The translations under genes and the position numbers were made by a program. The notes beneath the pieces are model-generated. The model was given only the letters and a program-made list of their open reading frames with translations. It was not told where the DNA came from and did no database searches. From contig NC_083409.1 in assembly GCF_020745735.1 (NCBI RefSeq), forward strand, positions 20,594,098-20,658,097: a stretch of DNA of 64,000 nucleotides, in the 5' to 3' direction. The DNA comes from Hemiscyllium ocellatum. Lineage: Eukaryota. Positions 26,162 to 39,330 of this stretch are shown in pieces (positions within the stretch are counted from its first letter, which is position 1; each line of letters opens with the position of its first letter).

Positions 26162-27002
26162 CATGGGCCATGCCATCGGCCAACTTGTGGACTCCAGAAA
26201 AAAACCAAACCTCATGACCCGAGCAGAGGAGAATCCACCTCGGCCTCTAAACTCCTCTCTCTGATTGAGTTTTGACATCTGGCATAGAATTTCCTCAATA
26301 AGTAGGTGGTTTGGGATATCGATCCTTACTGGAGTCAGCCGACTGGCAGAATGTGGATACCAAAAATGCCAACCTTTCTCCTGTCCTATTTATATACAAC
26401 CCGATCCCATTTATTTATCCAAACTGTAGCATGGACTTGAATTCAAAGAAGATTGCACATTTAATTTTGTTATTGTATTTACACCTACGTTTACCTTTTT
26501 AAAAAGTATATCTAGTGGTGCGATGATATGTGTTTGGTGTATGTTAGCTCTGAGACTCTGAACAATGGCTGATACCAGACACTGAATACTCCCTCTGAGT
26601 GAGGAGGACTATATCTGCATGACTGAAGTGGAAGGCAGAAGTATTGAGGATTTTAAATACTTGCACTTACTTCATTATAAGTCTTGATTTTATTTTTTGG
26701 TTTTAAATTATTTCAGAAAGGACAATTGATTTTTATTCATGTAAATGGACTGTATTTGTGATTTTCAGGAAAACGTTGAAAACTTTGAGCAGCTTTTGAG
26801 ATCACTTGCACTAATTCAGAACTCTCTCTCTCTCTATCTCATTCAGAACTCTCTCTCTCTCCCCTTCAGAACTCATTCTCTTTTGCTCTCTCTCTCTCTC
26901 TCTCCATACTACAGGAATCTCTTTTTCTCCCTCCTTTCTCACCACTCTTGATCATTTCTATTGCATGGTGCTTCTGTCTGTTAATTTTCTCGAATGTTCC
27001 TC

Positions 27003-29215
27003 TTTTTTTAGTAAATATTTATTGATAATATATAATATATATTATAATACAGTAATGTGAATAAACCGCCGGCTACTGTTCAAGATACAGTTGTCTCATA
27101 TTTTGCTTAACTTAAAACAAATCAGCACAAACTCAAATTAAATAAAATAACACTAAATTTAAGTACAATCCATTAAAATTAAATTGCACTACTTGTACTA
27201 TATTACACGACTCCACTCGCCGCACTCTCCATCAAAGCTCCTGTCCACAGGAACAACAGTGATTATACCCATATTTATGAGACCACCCACCAAATCCCCG
27301 TGATCCCCGGACCACCACATACAGCCCTCGTGCCTCTATAAAGGCCCTAATCAGTACTGCCGACAGATCCATGTTGATGTAAATTAGAAAGGGCCGCCAT
27401 GTCTTATAAAATTGCTCCATTCCGTGGTGCCCCATACTGTCAGGTAATCTTGAGGGACGTGCTCCATCACAAGTCTGTGCCACCTTGAAAGACCTGGAGG
27501 CTTTGCTGATATTCAATTCATTAGGATGTCCTTCCTCACACAATGTGTAAGAATGTTGAATAACCTCTTCCCGTGCTCACCCAAAGAGGGAAGTTTTGGT
27601 CGTTCCCAAAAGGAGAGACACCAGATCCTCCCAAACTTCCATTCCCAGGATTGTCTCCAGTTCATTCACTTTGCCCCCCCCAGGATTCACGGATCTTGTA
27701 ACAGGACCAAAAGCAATGTGTAAGGATGTCAATACTGTTTTTACATTTGGGACATTTCGGGGAAGACCCTTTCTTAAACTTTGCTAACCTCTCTGGCTCC
27801 ATTTGGGTCCTGGGGAGGATCTTCAATTGCATTGCTTGTGCCTTATTGTAGATTGAATTTTTTTTTACATTCCCTCATACATTGTCCCACATTTCTGATG
27901 AGATTTCTTCCCTTACCTCCTGATTCCAAATCTCCCTGACTCTCTCCAATTCCCCCAAGGCATTCCCTCTCTGCAGATGATATGAGGTACTAACTGAAAG
28001 AGCGCCCCCTCATCGGAGCACTCTTCATTCTATATCCGACTTGTTGGGCTGGGTCAAAAACGTAGTCTTCTTCTGTATGTAATCCCTAACCTGGAAATAT
28101 CGGAAAAGATCCCAATTAGGGATTTCGTATTTCTGACCTAATTGGCGAAAAGACATCAAGACCCCTCAGTCAAATAAATGTCCCAGACAGGGGATTCGAT
28201 TATGCTCCCATGCTCTGAAGCTGGAGTCCTTTGATCCCAGTCTAAATCCTGGGGCCCCCACTAACGGGGTAACTACAAATAGTCTCCACCCTGCCGCATT
28301 ATCCTCCATCTTTACCGTATTTATGATAATCAGACTTTCACAATGCGCACCTACCGATCTCATCTTGTCCATGAACAGTACGTTTCTAAAGGGACATCTC
28401 ACCTGCGAGGCCTCTGCATCAAGCCACATCGACTTTGAGTCATTACGCACCCATTCACCTACATAGCAACAGGGTGCTGCTTTGATACTCTTCAGATTTG
28501 GGAGGTCCACCACCCACCCTCCATATCCTGCGGAAGTTGCAACTTGGTAAATTTAATTAAGTTGTGCCGACAGCACCAAATAAATGACCCAAGCCATCCC
28601 GCAAACCTCCGCAGCACCTGGTTGGGTAATAACAAAGGGAGCATCCTCACAGGATATAACAACCAAGGAACAACATTCACTTTAATCAAGGCTATACGGC
28701 CGAGCCATGATCTGGGTATTCCCTCCCATCGCTGCAAGTCCTGCTTTACCCTCTCAAACAGCGACACAAGGTTAGCTCCATACAGTTGCGGGAAGTGAGG
28801 GGTAATAAAAATTCCCAGATAGGGAAAACCTTTCTGTGACCATCTAAAAGGAAACTCCATTCCGTCCTCCAGCTTCAGTACCTGCACCAATCCCCCCACA
28901 GGCAGGACTTCAGAATTTGGAAAATTTATTCTGTATCCTGAAAAGTTGACGAATAATTTAATGTTTTTTTATTAGCCAGGGTATGGACTTTTCAGAGTTA
29001 GCTAAAAACAGGAGGACGTTGTCCGTATAGAGAGTGATTTTTGTTTCCACAACTCCCACCTTCGGTGCCGTTATTTCAGGGTCTTTTCAGACAGTCCCTG
29101 CCAGTGGTTCAAGTACCAAGGTAAACAGTAGGGGCAACAGGGAACATCCCTGTCAGCTGCCCCTCCCCACACCAAAATTACTCAATTTCATATTATTCGC
29201 GATAACGCCATCCAG
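27003..29215 (-). mobile_element. L1-clade LINE, 5'-truncated, frameshifted ORF2 with 3' UTR
   Basis: QGCSLLPLLFTL, LYTDNVLLFL, YLGIFIT, WLGRIALIKVNVVPWLLY; AATAAA and A-rich tail near 27003-27023 on - strand. Confidence 0.88.
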
Positions 29216-29345
29216 ATTCATCTCTCCCATCAACCAATCAGGTCATACTCTCTACCTTTCTCAACCTATCCTCACCTCACCACACAGCTCCCCCAACACC
29301 CACCCTGAGTCCTGAAGAAGGGTTACACCTGAAATGACGACTCCT
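29215..29345 (+). mobile_element. Penelope-like terminal fragment with degenerate hammerhead core (family 3)
   Basis: CTGAAGA-A-GGGT-TAC-ACCT-GAAAT-GAC at 29312-29338 after a C-rich tract. Confidence 0.5.
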
Positions 29346-30479
29346 GAAGAGGTTAGACAGAGAAGGGTGGATTGCAACAAGAGTCACAGGTACTTCATAT
29401 CTCATCTCATTGAATCAAACCATCGAGCCCATCAATCCTGAAAACAGATTCCAACATTGAAGTCCCATTTGCTGGTTGCACATGTAATGTCTCTCTCAGG
29501 CTGAAGAAAGGAAGCTCTCGACTGAGAAATTAGTGAGCTTAACCCAGATCCAGCACAACAGAATGGAGTGATATAAATCAGAAACAGAATAAATACAGGG
29601 CAGCCTTAATACTGCAGCTAGCACTGAGTGCAGCCAACACAGAGGGGAATGCTGGGAAGTTTGCTCAGTGTGGAAGTTCGGAGAATTCGGGGACGGAGCC
29701 TACCTTTGCTTTTCCAAACTGATTTGGAACTGTCACTTCAGCTGCTGGGAGGCTGCACATGCACTTGGTTTGAATGAAACAAAATGATAAACAAGAGAAT
29801 AGGAGTCTGGTAAGCAGATCAGCTGGGAATTGTTCAGTATGAGGGACTGTCTAAATAGATTGCTTCAGGACATGTCCATTAGGGAAGGTTTATAAATTGA
29901 AAGTACTGAAACTTCAAAACAGAGATTGAAGACAATTACTGATCCAATGAAGGAATGGATATTTTTCATTTGTAAGTGAGCTCAATATATTTATTAAATT
30001 GAAATGATTCAGCGTAAATACATGTGTAGTATATGTACTATATATATGTACTACCGGAACTCCCACTTGGAGGCTGAGTTGAAGAAAATGATACATTCGG
30101 GAGGGGCGGAGATACCCGGAGACTTTGTTCCAGAAGGAAGTTATAGGCCTCAGGACAGCACAGTTCAATAAGATATGACCCATGAGGGAGGCAGATAGGG
30201 AGTTGGAGAATACTGTGGGATAGGAAAACCCTTCACTCTTCTAAACTCCACTGAGAACAAGACCAGTCTTTCCAACCTTTCCTCATCACACAGCCCACTC
30301 ATTCCAGGGATCAATCGAGTAAAACTCCTCTGAAACACCTCCAATGCATTTATATTTTTCCTTCAATAAGGAGATCAAACTACCCTCAGTATTTGAGATG
30401 TGGTCACACCAATGTTCAGGAAAAACTGAAACATCACAGTCTCACTTTCTGGTCCTTAAGCACGCCTACTCTTACTTTT

Positions 30480-30865
30480 CCCAGCCTTTTTACTGTCCAT
30501 GTATAATTGCCCTGAACAAGGTGGTGATTAGCTGCCTTCTTGAACCCCTGCAGTCTGTGTGCTGTAGGTATATCCACAATGCATTTAGGAAGGGAATTCC
30601 AGGATTCTGACCAAGTGACAATGTAGGAACAGTGTTATAATTCCAAGTCAATCTAGTGAATGGCTTGGGGGGAACTTGTTGGGGTGATGTTCCCATTGTA
30701 TCTGCTGCCTTTGTCCTTGATTTAAGTAATCATGACTTTGGAAGATGTTGTCTTAGGATTTTTGGTGAATCTCTGCAGTGCATCTTGTAAATAGTACACA
30801 GAGCCGTTACTGAGCGTCGGTGTGGAGGGAATGGATGTGTGTGGATGTGGTACCAATCAAGCAGG
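30480..30865 (-). mobile_element. L2/CR1-superclade LINE 3' end
   Basis: Same family as 19440 copy. Confidence 0.7.
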
Positions 30866-31049
30866 CTAATTTTTTTTCAACGAGATTTAAATAAAATAAT
30901 GTAAGACAACTTAAAATAAAATAAAATAAAAATGTGCTGCCTTTTTGATAAAACAAAAAATTAACTCCTCCTCTCCCCACAGAGGCTGCACCTGTTGCCT
31001 TTCTCCAGCATCGATCTTCTATTTGAGATTTGCAGTATTTTATTTATGT

Positions 31050-31275
31050 ATCTGTTTTAATGCCATTGGTTATAAGAGAAGCATTACTCAGCACACTGGG
31101 GAGATTTTCCCTGAGATGGTCACAAAGCCCTTATATTCACATTGACCTGAGAGGGCAGTGGTTTAACCGATCATCCAGCAGATGGCATCTTTGCCTTTGC
31201 CAGCCTCAGGATAGTGCCCCAGTGTCTGGAGTGGGGCTTGAAACCTGCAGGTTCAGGTGACGGTGCTATCACTGA
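31050..31275 (-). mobile_element. Deu-domain SINE fragment
   Basis: Reverse-complement similarity to the 21420 and 50585 copies. Confidence 0.5.
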
Positions 31276-31429
31276 GGTTGGGATGAGGGTGTCACTGGCA
31301 AGACGAGCATTTGTTCTCCATCCCAAACTGCCCTGAAATTGAGTGGCTTACTCAAATGGCAGGTAAGGGTCAGCCACATTGCTGGAGTCCTCGCAGAGTC
31401 AGACATCTACAACAGGTCTACAAGAACAA

Positions 31430-32200
31430 GGCTCTTCGGTCCAAGAGCCAAAGCCAGTCAAAACAATCACCTCACTATTCTAATTCCATGTTCCAGCACT
31501 TGGCCTGTAGCCCTGTATACCTTGGCATCATAGTTGCACATCAAAGTACATCAATGTTATGGGAGAGCTTCTGCCTCCCTTACAGGGAGTGAGTCCCAGA
31601 CTGCCACCACCCTCCGGGCGAAAACGCTTTCCTTATGTTCCCTCTTAGCCTTTGGCCATTTATCTTTAATCTGTACCAAAACCCAATCAATCCTACCTGC
31701 CACCACCCGGCCCATATCCCACCAAACCCTTCCTATTCATATACCCATCCAGGTGCCTCTTAAATGTTGCAATTGTACCAGCCTCCATTACTTCCTCTGG
31801 CAGCTCATTCCATACACATCCCACCCTCTGTGTGAAAGATTTGCCCCTTTGGTCTCTTTTATATCTTTCCCCTCTCACCCTAAACCTATGCCCATTCATT
31901 CTGGATTACCCGACACCCGGGAAAAGACTTTGCCAATTTATCCTATCCAAACCCCTCATAATTTTGTAAACCTTTATAAGGTCACCCCGCAGCCTCCAAC
32001 GCTCCAGGGAAAACAGCCCCAGCCTGTCCAGCCTCTCCCTGTAGCTCAAATCCTCCAACCCTGGCAACATCCTTGTAAATCTTTCCTGAACCCTTTCAAG
32101 TTTCACAACATCTTTCCAATAGGAAGAGACGAGAATTGCACACAATATTCCAACAGTGGCCTGTACAACTGCTACATGACCTCCCAACTCCTGTACAGAA
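31430..32200 (-). mobile_element. CR1-type LINE 3' fragment
   Basis: LERVQERFTRMLPGLEDLSYRERLDRLGLFSLE. Confidence 0.9.
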
Positions 32201-33191
32201 TGGGATCTTGTCAAGTTCCCTGTTGTGGTGGTGGAGCCTCAAATGATGGTGCCAGAGACTGTGCAACTTCCAGCAGTGCACCACAGTCTCAGCCTGGATT
32301 CTGTGTTCTCATTTCTGAGGTGGCTTTCAATCTGATTATCTTTTGACTATGAGGCAGGAACATTGCCCATGGAGCCACGGTCAGTAACAATGTAACCTGT
32401 GTGGCTCTGAAGGCCTGAGTTTGCATCTCAGCTCGGGAGGATATCAGCTCATTCATCAAATCTGTTTCTGCCCCTCTGCAGGCTGACCAGGCTGCTGGTG
32501 CCTTTCCAACAATTCCACGTTTCCTCTTGTGTCACAGCTCATTCTCCTGAGGGATAGTTGTGCTCAGAGTCAAAACGTGTGCCGCTGGAAAAGCACAGCA
32601 GGTCAGGCAGTTGTGCTCAGGCCGAGGACATGACCTTGTCCCTCTGTCAGATCCTCTTCGAGAAATTCATGGCTCACCACTGCCCTCTCCAGGACAGTTA
32701 GGGAAGGGCAACAAGCAAGGATGGAGATGGGGACGCGAAGCCTAAAGTGCTGTTCTCTGCAGATTGGGACACGCTTTGATAGCCATTTATTAGATCTTTG
32801 AGTGTAATTCAGTTTTTGCTGATCCCAGTGCCAATCTGAAGGAAACTCCACCTTCCTGTCTGACAAACCAGGTTCACCCATGTCATGGCTCTATTTCTGG
32901 CCGAGACTCCAATCTTTCAAAGAGATGAATTCAAGCCTCACCAGTTTGATCATTTGAATTATACGCCATTTATTTTGATTTCTCCTGGGATGTGGGGGGA
33001 GGCGTTGATGTGTCAGTCCTTCCCTAATTGCCCTGGAGAGAATGGTGGTGAATCAAGTAATATCGAGGAAGCAACTGACAGGTTGCACTGAAATCCAATG
33101 GGGTGACTGTGGGTTTGTTCATGGCCAATGGATGGAGTAATTACCCACAATCCTCAGTTGCAGTGCAGCTGTTTCACGATGCCCGAACAAT

Positions 33192-33282
33192 AAAAAGTCA
33201 GAAGTCACACAACACCAGGCTCTAGCCCAACAGGTTCATTTGAAATCACAAGTTTTCGAAGCGCTGCTCCTTCATCAGGATA
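33192..33282 (-). mobile_element. Penelope-like terminal fragment with hammerhead-like core (family 2)
   Basis: - strand CTGATGA-A-GGAGC-AGC-GCTTC-GAAAACTT; related copies at ~35880-35955 (-) and 46060-46146 (+). Confidence 0.55.
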
Positions 33283-33789
33283 ACCCCAGCCCCCCATCGG
33301 AATCCCCACATTACTGAACAGTACAAATAAACTGGGGCTCTGTGAGGATCTTTGGACCATGATATTGATCACACCACAATAAAAATGTCCTGCATGCTAT
33401 GGTTTTTCAAAAAAAGAAGTGCTTTGATAAGACTTTTGATTGTCTTCACGGTGTGCTGTTTTGTTCATTCTGTGATATGGATGGACAATGTCAGTATTGG
33501 GTATCACAAAGAATGGATCCTCCATCAAACACTTTCCAGCACACTCTCTCCATCTTGCTTTACTCCTTATCGTCTTTTTGACATTGTCCCTGTTCCCTCA
33601 CCCCGTCCCGGTCCCAGAGGGATTGATGGCTGGAGTTCATGACCTCACTCTGTGTGAAGGTTGGTGTGAAGTGAGGCCAGTGTGTTGGAGCTTGGGCCCC
33701 TGCCTCACGCCCAGGTGTAGGGGCCTGTTCAACAATCTGCACAATGTCCTTTTTCTCTTTCTGAATGAACTGGATCAAGTTGCAGTAAC

Positions 33790-34915
33790 GAGCTGGCAAC
33801 AAGGTGTCTTGTCTAAAATGTTCCCAGCATTGGATACAGAACTGGCTGAGTCAGAGGAAACAGAGGGCAGTGATGGGAGGATGGTTTTCAGAATGGAGGG
33901 CTGTGATTCCTAGTGTCCTACAGGGATCAGTGGTGGGAACTCTGCTGTATGTGGTCTACATAAATGATTTAGAGGAAAGTGTAGCCGGTCTAATTAAATG
34001 TTTACAGTTGATACAAAGATTGGTAGAGTTACAGATAATGAGAAGGATTGTCAGAGGGCACAGCAGGATATAGATCAGTTGGATGCATGGACAGATAAAT
34101 GGCAGATGTAGTTTAATCCAGACAAATGTAAGGTGATGCATTTTGAAAGGTGATGTACGGGTGGGAATTATACAGTGAATGTCAGAATCCTTTGGAGTAT
34201 TGATATGCAGAGGGTGTGTATGTTCACAGGTCACTGAGGGTGGCAGCTCAGGGAGGTAAGGTCGTGAAAAAGGCTTATGGCCTGCTTGCCTTCATTGGAA
34301 GAGGCATTAAGTATAAGGATAGACAAGTTATGCTGCAGCTTGTTGAACATTAGTTAGGCCACACTTGGAATATTGTATACAGTTCTGCTTGCCACACCAT
34401 CAGAAGGATGTGGATGTTTTGAAGATGGTGCAGAAAATGTTTACCAGAATATTGTCTGGTATGGGGGATTTTAGTTCTGAAGAAATGTTGGATAGACTGG
34501 GTTTGTTTTCACCAGAATGAGGGAAAATTAGGTGTGACCTCATAGAAGTTTATTAAGTTTTGAATGGCATAGGTAGGGTGGAAACTATGAAGCTTTTTCC
34601 CAGGATGGAGGGGTCACTTACTCGGGGACAGAGGTTCAAGGTGTGGGGGTAGGGGGGAATTTAAAAGAGATGTGCGAGGCTAGAATTTCACACAAAGGGA
34701 GTTGAGTACCTGGAACACACTACCATAGGAGGGGGTGGAAACAGACATGATAGAAGTATTCAAGAAATACCTGCACTAATGCATGAATAGGAAGGGAATA
34801 GAGGGATACAAATCCTGTAGGTGAAGATAGTTTCAGTATGGAAGGGCCAAATGTATCAGCACAGGCTTGAAGGGCTGAAGGACCTGTTCCTGTGCTGTAT
34901 TGTTCCTTGTTCTTT
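33790..34915 (+). mobile_element. CR1-type LINE 3' ~1.1 kb, abutting the ankyrin remnant
   Basis: WIQNWLSQRKQRAV, QGSVVGTLLYVVYINDL; CR1 tail. Confidence 0.88.
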
Positions 34916-34924
34916 GGTCCCTGC

Positions 34925-35295
34925 TGTTGAATTGGATTCTCGGGAGCCAGCTCCATATGAAGAGCCTGTTCTCATTCTTTTGTTGGAGTTCATGGGGCAG
35001 CTGCTGCTTCCTTGCTACGTCACTGATCAAACCAACAATGGGGAAAGACTCGTGATATTTTAAATACAGTCTGCAGGAAAATGTTTGGCCAAGGTTTTAA
35101 TATTGCTTAATAAGATAATGATGTCAAAACACCAGTGTTGTTTGCAGCTGAGAACAGTTAATATCATGGTCCAAGTTTTAAATGGACCCTCACTCGTGAT
35201 AATACAGTTTTCAATATTTCTCTCCCCTTACGTGTTGTGAAGAGGTTTGCAAACATGTTTTGATGAGGACAGTGCATCTTCAACACCGTATGACG
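34925..35295 (+). pseudogene. RNase L-like pseudogene: frameshifted ankyrin-repeat remnant (last repeats)
   Basis: Joining frames gives ILLLE-HGA...QWGKT...FNIA**DNDVKTPVLFAAEN...VL*RG...YD, aligning with remembered RNase L LLLDHGA...ERGKT...[20 protein letters not shown]...LCKRG...YD; stops and frameshifts throughout. Confidence 0.6.
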
Positions 35296-35546
35296 GAGCG
35301 GGCGGCTGTTTCAATTCTCACTTGTGATAATACAGTTTTAAATATGTCAGTGTTACTCTCTGGGGGAGTGTCACTGTCACTATCCCCACCTTTCATTCTC
35401 AGGGTGATATCATTTTTGGTATCCTTTCTGTCTGAGGATGTCCCTGTTCTTGTCCCCCACTCTCTCAGGGATGGGATGGGTATTTCACACGCACCTGGTT
35501 TGTTAGTTCCATTTGCTCTCTTGTGAAATGGGTAATCTCTGTTTTA

Positions 35547-35696
35547 GTAAAAAGTGAGGTCTGCAGATGCTGGAGATCAGAGCTGAAAATGTGTTGCCGG
35601 TTAAAGTACAGCAGGTTAGGCAGCATCCAAGGAACAGGAAATTCGACGTTTCGGGCCAGAGCACTTCATCAGGATGGCCCGAAGCATCGAATTTGC
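35547..35696. mobile_element. Penelope-like element with hammerhead core and short inverted tail, 14-bp TSD
   Basis: - strand CTGATGA-A-GTGC-TCTG-GCCC-GAAAC-GTC; TAATC(T/A)CTGTTTTA at 35533-35546 and 35697-35710. Confidence 0.78.
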
Positions 35697-36021
35697 TAAT
35701 CACTGTTTTACTCTGGTAACAGTGAGTTAAAGCCCAGTAGAGTTCACCCTTCATCTCTATCATATCTCAGGGCCTAAGGTTGGTCAGCACTGTCACGCTC
35801 CAGTACATCCCACCACTTCTCGCAATTTTCTCTCTTTCCTATCTTTACTGAACACCTTGTTTCCAGGAATCCCCAAGGCCAAAAATCATACGACACCAGA
35901 TTATAGTCCAACAGGTTTATTATAAGACACAAGCCTCGCCCCTTCTTCGGGTGAGCAGAGGAGCAAACAAGGTGAATTCAATCAACAGAGAAAACAAACT
36001 CTGTTGTTTGTTTCCTTCTCG

Positions 36022-36146
36022 GTTGACTCCGTTCTCCTAAATGACATGAACAAGAGACAAGGCAAGAATAAAGAATATAAGGACACCACCAGTGACGGCC
36101 TGAAATTCATAAGAAACCTCATCCAGCACTTTGATGAATAGAAAGA
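36022..36146 (+). pseudogene. RNASEL: RNase L-like pseudogene: KEN ribonuclease exon (VDSVLLNDMNKRQGKNKEYKDTTSDGLKFIRNLIQHFDE*K)
   Basis: Aligns with remembered human INECVMKKMNK...[23 protein letters not shown]; KFIRN is RNase L-like rather than IRE1-like; TAG at 36139-36141; pyrimidine tract ends in cg instead of ag; gtatgt donor in phase 2. Confidence 0.85.
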
Positions 36147-36542
36147 GTATGTGAACAATAGTTGCTGGCAATATTTTCCTGCTTTTTCAACTTTTAGCAT
36201 TGATTCAAAGCAGAAAGAGCCTTTCTTTCTCTTTCCCTCCTTGAAACTCTTACTGAGATGATCAAACCCAGCAACAGTTCATGTGACAGGTTGAGAGGAT
36301 TGTCTCGGGATCAAGAGGGGGACTGGGTGAGGAACGGGATTTATCCTCAGATTCTCTGGGAAGCTAGGAGGAGATTGCAGATCTCATCCCTGGAATTTAG
36401 AAGGTTGGGAGGAGATTTCACTGAAACATGTCAAATTCTCCAGGGACCTGACAGGACAGATTTTGGGAGGATCTGTCCCTACTTGGGAATTCTAAAGCAG
36501 AGACCCAGTCTGGGAATAAGGGGTTAGACGTTTGGCTCTCTG

Positions 36543-36820
36543 ATGTGGAATGGGTATCACAGTAGCTAGCACCACTGCCTGACAACACCAGGGACCTGGG
36601 TTCGATTCCACCCTCAGGCAACTGTCTGTGTGCAGTTTGCATGTTCTCCCCATGTCTGCGGGGGGTTCCTCTCTCAGTCCAAAGATGTGCAGGTTAGGTG
36701 GATCAGCCATGGGACATGTAAGGCTCCAGGGATAGGAGAGGGAGATGGCTGTGGGTGAGATGCTGCTTTGCCTTGATGGGCTGAACAGCCTTCTTCCACA
36801 CAGTAGGGATTTAATGATTC
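36543..36820 (+). mobile_element. HE1-type SINE, diverged
   Basis: B box GGTTCGATTCC and V-domain. Confidence 0.8.
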
Positions 36821-37169
36821 TTCATTGCTGTGGTCTGGAGTGATATGTTAGTTAGTATGACACCAGGACAGCAGTGTAAAGGACATTAGTGGGTTCGATG
36901 GGACTCTCCCCAAACAATTGTCATTATTAGAATCTTAATTTGAGATGTTAAAATTTGAATTCCACTTCGTGCCATTGCCAGGATTTGAACCCAGGTCCCC
37001 CAGAACATGACTTGGCTCGCTAGATTAACAATCTCGTGATGATACCACTAGGCCACTGCCTCCCCCCATGCAGGTGATCTCAATCTTGAATTTATTCAAA
37101 TTACTAAGTACTGACTAAGTATCTGGGAATGAGTATTCCAAAGATTCACAATCCACTGAGTGAAGAAAT

Positions 37170-37446
37170 CAATAGAATCCCTACAATGTGGAAACAGGCC
37201 ATTCAGCCCATACCGCCTCTCCAAAGAGCATCCCAACCAGACCCACTCCCCTATAACCTTGCATTGCCCATGGCCATTCCAACGATCCCACACATTTTGG
37301 ACTGTGGGAGGAAACCAGATCACCTGGAGGGAACCCAGGCAGACACAGGAGAATATGTAAACACCACAAAATCAGCTGCCTGAGGGTGGAATCGAACTCA
37401 GGTCCCTACGCTGTGAGGCAACAGTGCTAGTCTCTGTGCCACCCCA
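37170..37446 (-). mobile_element. HE1-type SINE
   Basis: Reverse complement of consensus. Confidence 0.8.
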
Positions 37447-37479
37447 CTTGATTCTGGGCAAAAAATGCTGGCATACCAT

Positions 37480-37975
37480 GTGATGCCCAAACCTGTAAAT
37501 AAATTAAGAAAAGATCAGTAAAGCTTTGAATAGGAGTGTGATGGGTTACTCCCCACATGCCTGGATGGGCGCAGCTCCAAAAACAGTCAAGAAGCTTGAT
37601 ATCATCCAGTACAAAGCAGCCTGTTTGATTGGCACTACATCTACAAACATTCACTCCCTCCACCACTGATGCTCAGTAGCAGCCGCGTGCACCATCGACA
37701 AGATGCACTGCAGAAATCCACCAAGTCTCCTGAGACAGCACCTTCCAAACCCAAGGCCATTCCCATTTGAAGGACAAGGGCAGCAGATACACAGAATACC
37801 ACCACTCTCAAGTTCCACTCTAATCAATATAGCATCCTGATTTCAAAATATACTACTGTTCCTTCAGTGTCGCTGGGTCAAAATCCTGGACTACCCTCCC
37901 TTAGGGCATTGTGGGTTTATCTACAGCACATGGACTGCAGCGGTTCAAGAAGGCAACTCACGACCACCTTGCAAA
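37480..37975 (+). mobile_element. L2/CR1-superclade LINE 3' end
   Basis: IQYKAACLIGTTSTNIHSLHH*CSVAAACTIDKMHCRN. Confidence 0.72.
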
Positions 37976-37983
37976 GGGCAGCA

Positions 37984-38310
37984 TTGTGGGTCAGTGGTTA
38001 GTGCTGCTCCCTCGCAGCGCCAGGAACCTGGGTTCAATTCCACCCTGGGATGATGTCTGTCTGGAGTTTACACATTTTCCCCATGTCTGAGTGAGTTTCC
38101 TCCACACAATCCATAGATGTGTAGGTTTGGTGGATTAGCCATGCTAAATTGCACGTAGTGTCCAGGGATGTGCAGGCAGGGTGGATTAGCCATGGGAAAT
38201 GCAGCATTACAGGGATGGGGCTGATCTAGATGGGATGCTGTTTGGTCGGATGCTGTGAAGTTGATGGGCTGAATGGTCTGCTTCCACACCATATAATGAT
38301 TCTATGATTC
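37984..38310 (+). mobile_element. HE1-type SINE, diverged
   Basis: Consensus match. Confidence 0.8.
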
Positions 38311-38419
38311 TCAAGGGCAACTAGGAATCTGACCCATGTCCTCCAAGTGAGTTTTAAACAAAAACACCATCTTCACCACTTACTATTCCATCAGTCTTTG
38401 TGTCAATGTGGAACTATGA

Positions 38420-39330
38420 TTCTCATTAATAAATACAGTAAGTAGTTAAGGCCTCACCACAGAATCCTTGTGGAACACCACTCGTCACTTTCTTTCTCTG
38501 TTATCTATCACTAAACCAGCCTCCGAACCAAGTCAAACATTCATCTTCAATCCCATGGGTTTTAACTTTGGTCAGCAGACTGTTTTGTGGTAAATGATCG
38601 AGTACTTTTGAAAGTTGATAAGCCTATACATCCGATCAACTATTTTATTTAATGCATTTGGTTTGTTAGTTAGAACTTACCCATCACAAATCTACATGGG
38701 CTATTTCCGATTCTCTACATGTTGATTCTCTCGGCTGTTAATTATAGATTCCAATGAAACCCCTAAAAGAGATGTTAGATTGACCAGGATATAATTTCCT
38801 TGGTTCCCTCTCTCATCTTTCTTCAACCCGTGGTGTTACAGCAAGACATTTTCCAAACTAAAGGAATCGTTATTGCTTTGGAACCTGATGGGAAAAAAAC
38901 CTCTGAAACTTTCTCCCCCCCTTCCTTTAAACCCCTAAGGTCCTGGAGATCTGTCAGCCTTTAGAGCCGCTCATTTTCCAATGTTGTTTCATGGCAAGTA
39001 TCAAGTTTCGTGAATTCCAGTCTTCCATTCATTATTAACCTCCCTGGAATGGAAGCTGCATTATCCCGTTCCTTGACTGTAAAGACTGACACAACTAATT
39101 ATTGTACGTATCGGCCATTCCCTTTGTCTCATTCATGGAATTCCCAGTTTGTTTTTAAAGGGCTCACATTGCACTGGAGCCTCCTTGATTTTCTAATTTT
39201 CGTGTAAAGCATTTGTGTTATTCTTGTGACCCCTTGCAGGTCTCTTTCTCAATCACCTTTTTGTACCTCTTTTTTCCTTTCTGTCTTCCTTTGCAGTTCT
39301 TCATATCTTCCTTCAGTTGCCTGAATTCTC
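38420..39330 (-). mobile_element. Old CR1-type LINE fragment
   Basis: gtgacgagtggtgttccacaagg on - strand, decayed. Confidence 0.6.

Noticed and set aside
29670-29720. KFGEFGDGAYLCF resembling a kinase glycine loop
   Set aside because: Isolated, out of order, with no VAVK or other subdomains following.
31534-32346. 270-aa + strand ORF, the longest in the track
   Set aside because: Mostly the antisense frame of a CR1 3' fragment.
32960-33000. TPFIL peptide like RNase L NGATPFIL
   Set aside because: Arises from the T-rich end of a reversed LINE 3' UTR.
33560-33802. - strand ORF NLIQFIQKEKKDIVQIVEQ loosely resembling RNase L ankyrin 1 (LLIKAVQNEDVDLVQQLLE)
   Set aside because: Wrong strand relative to the other RNase L pieces and no downstream TPLH-type motif; would need an inversion.
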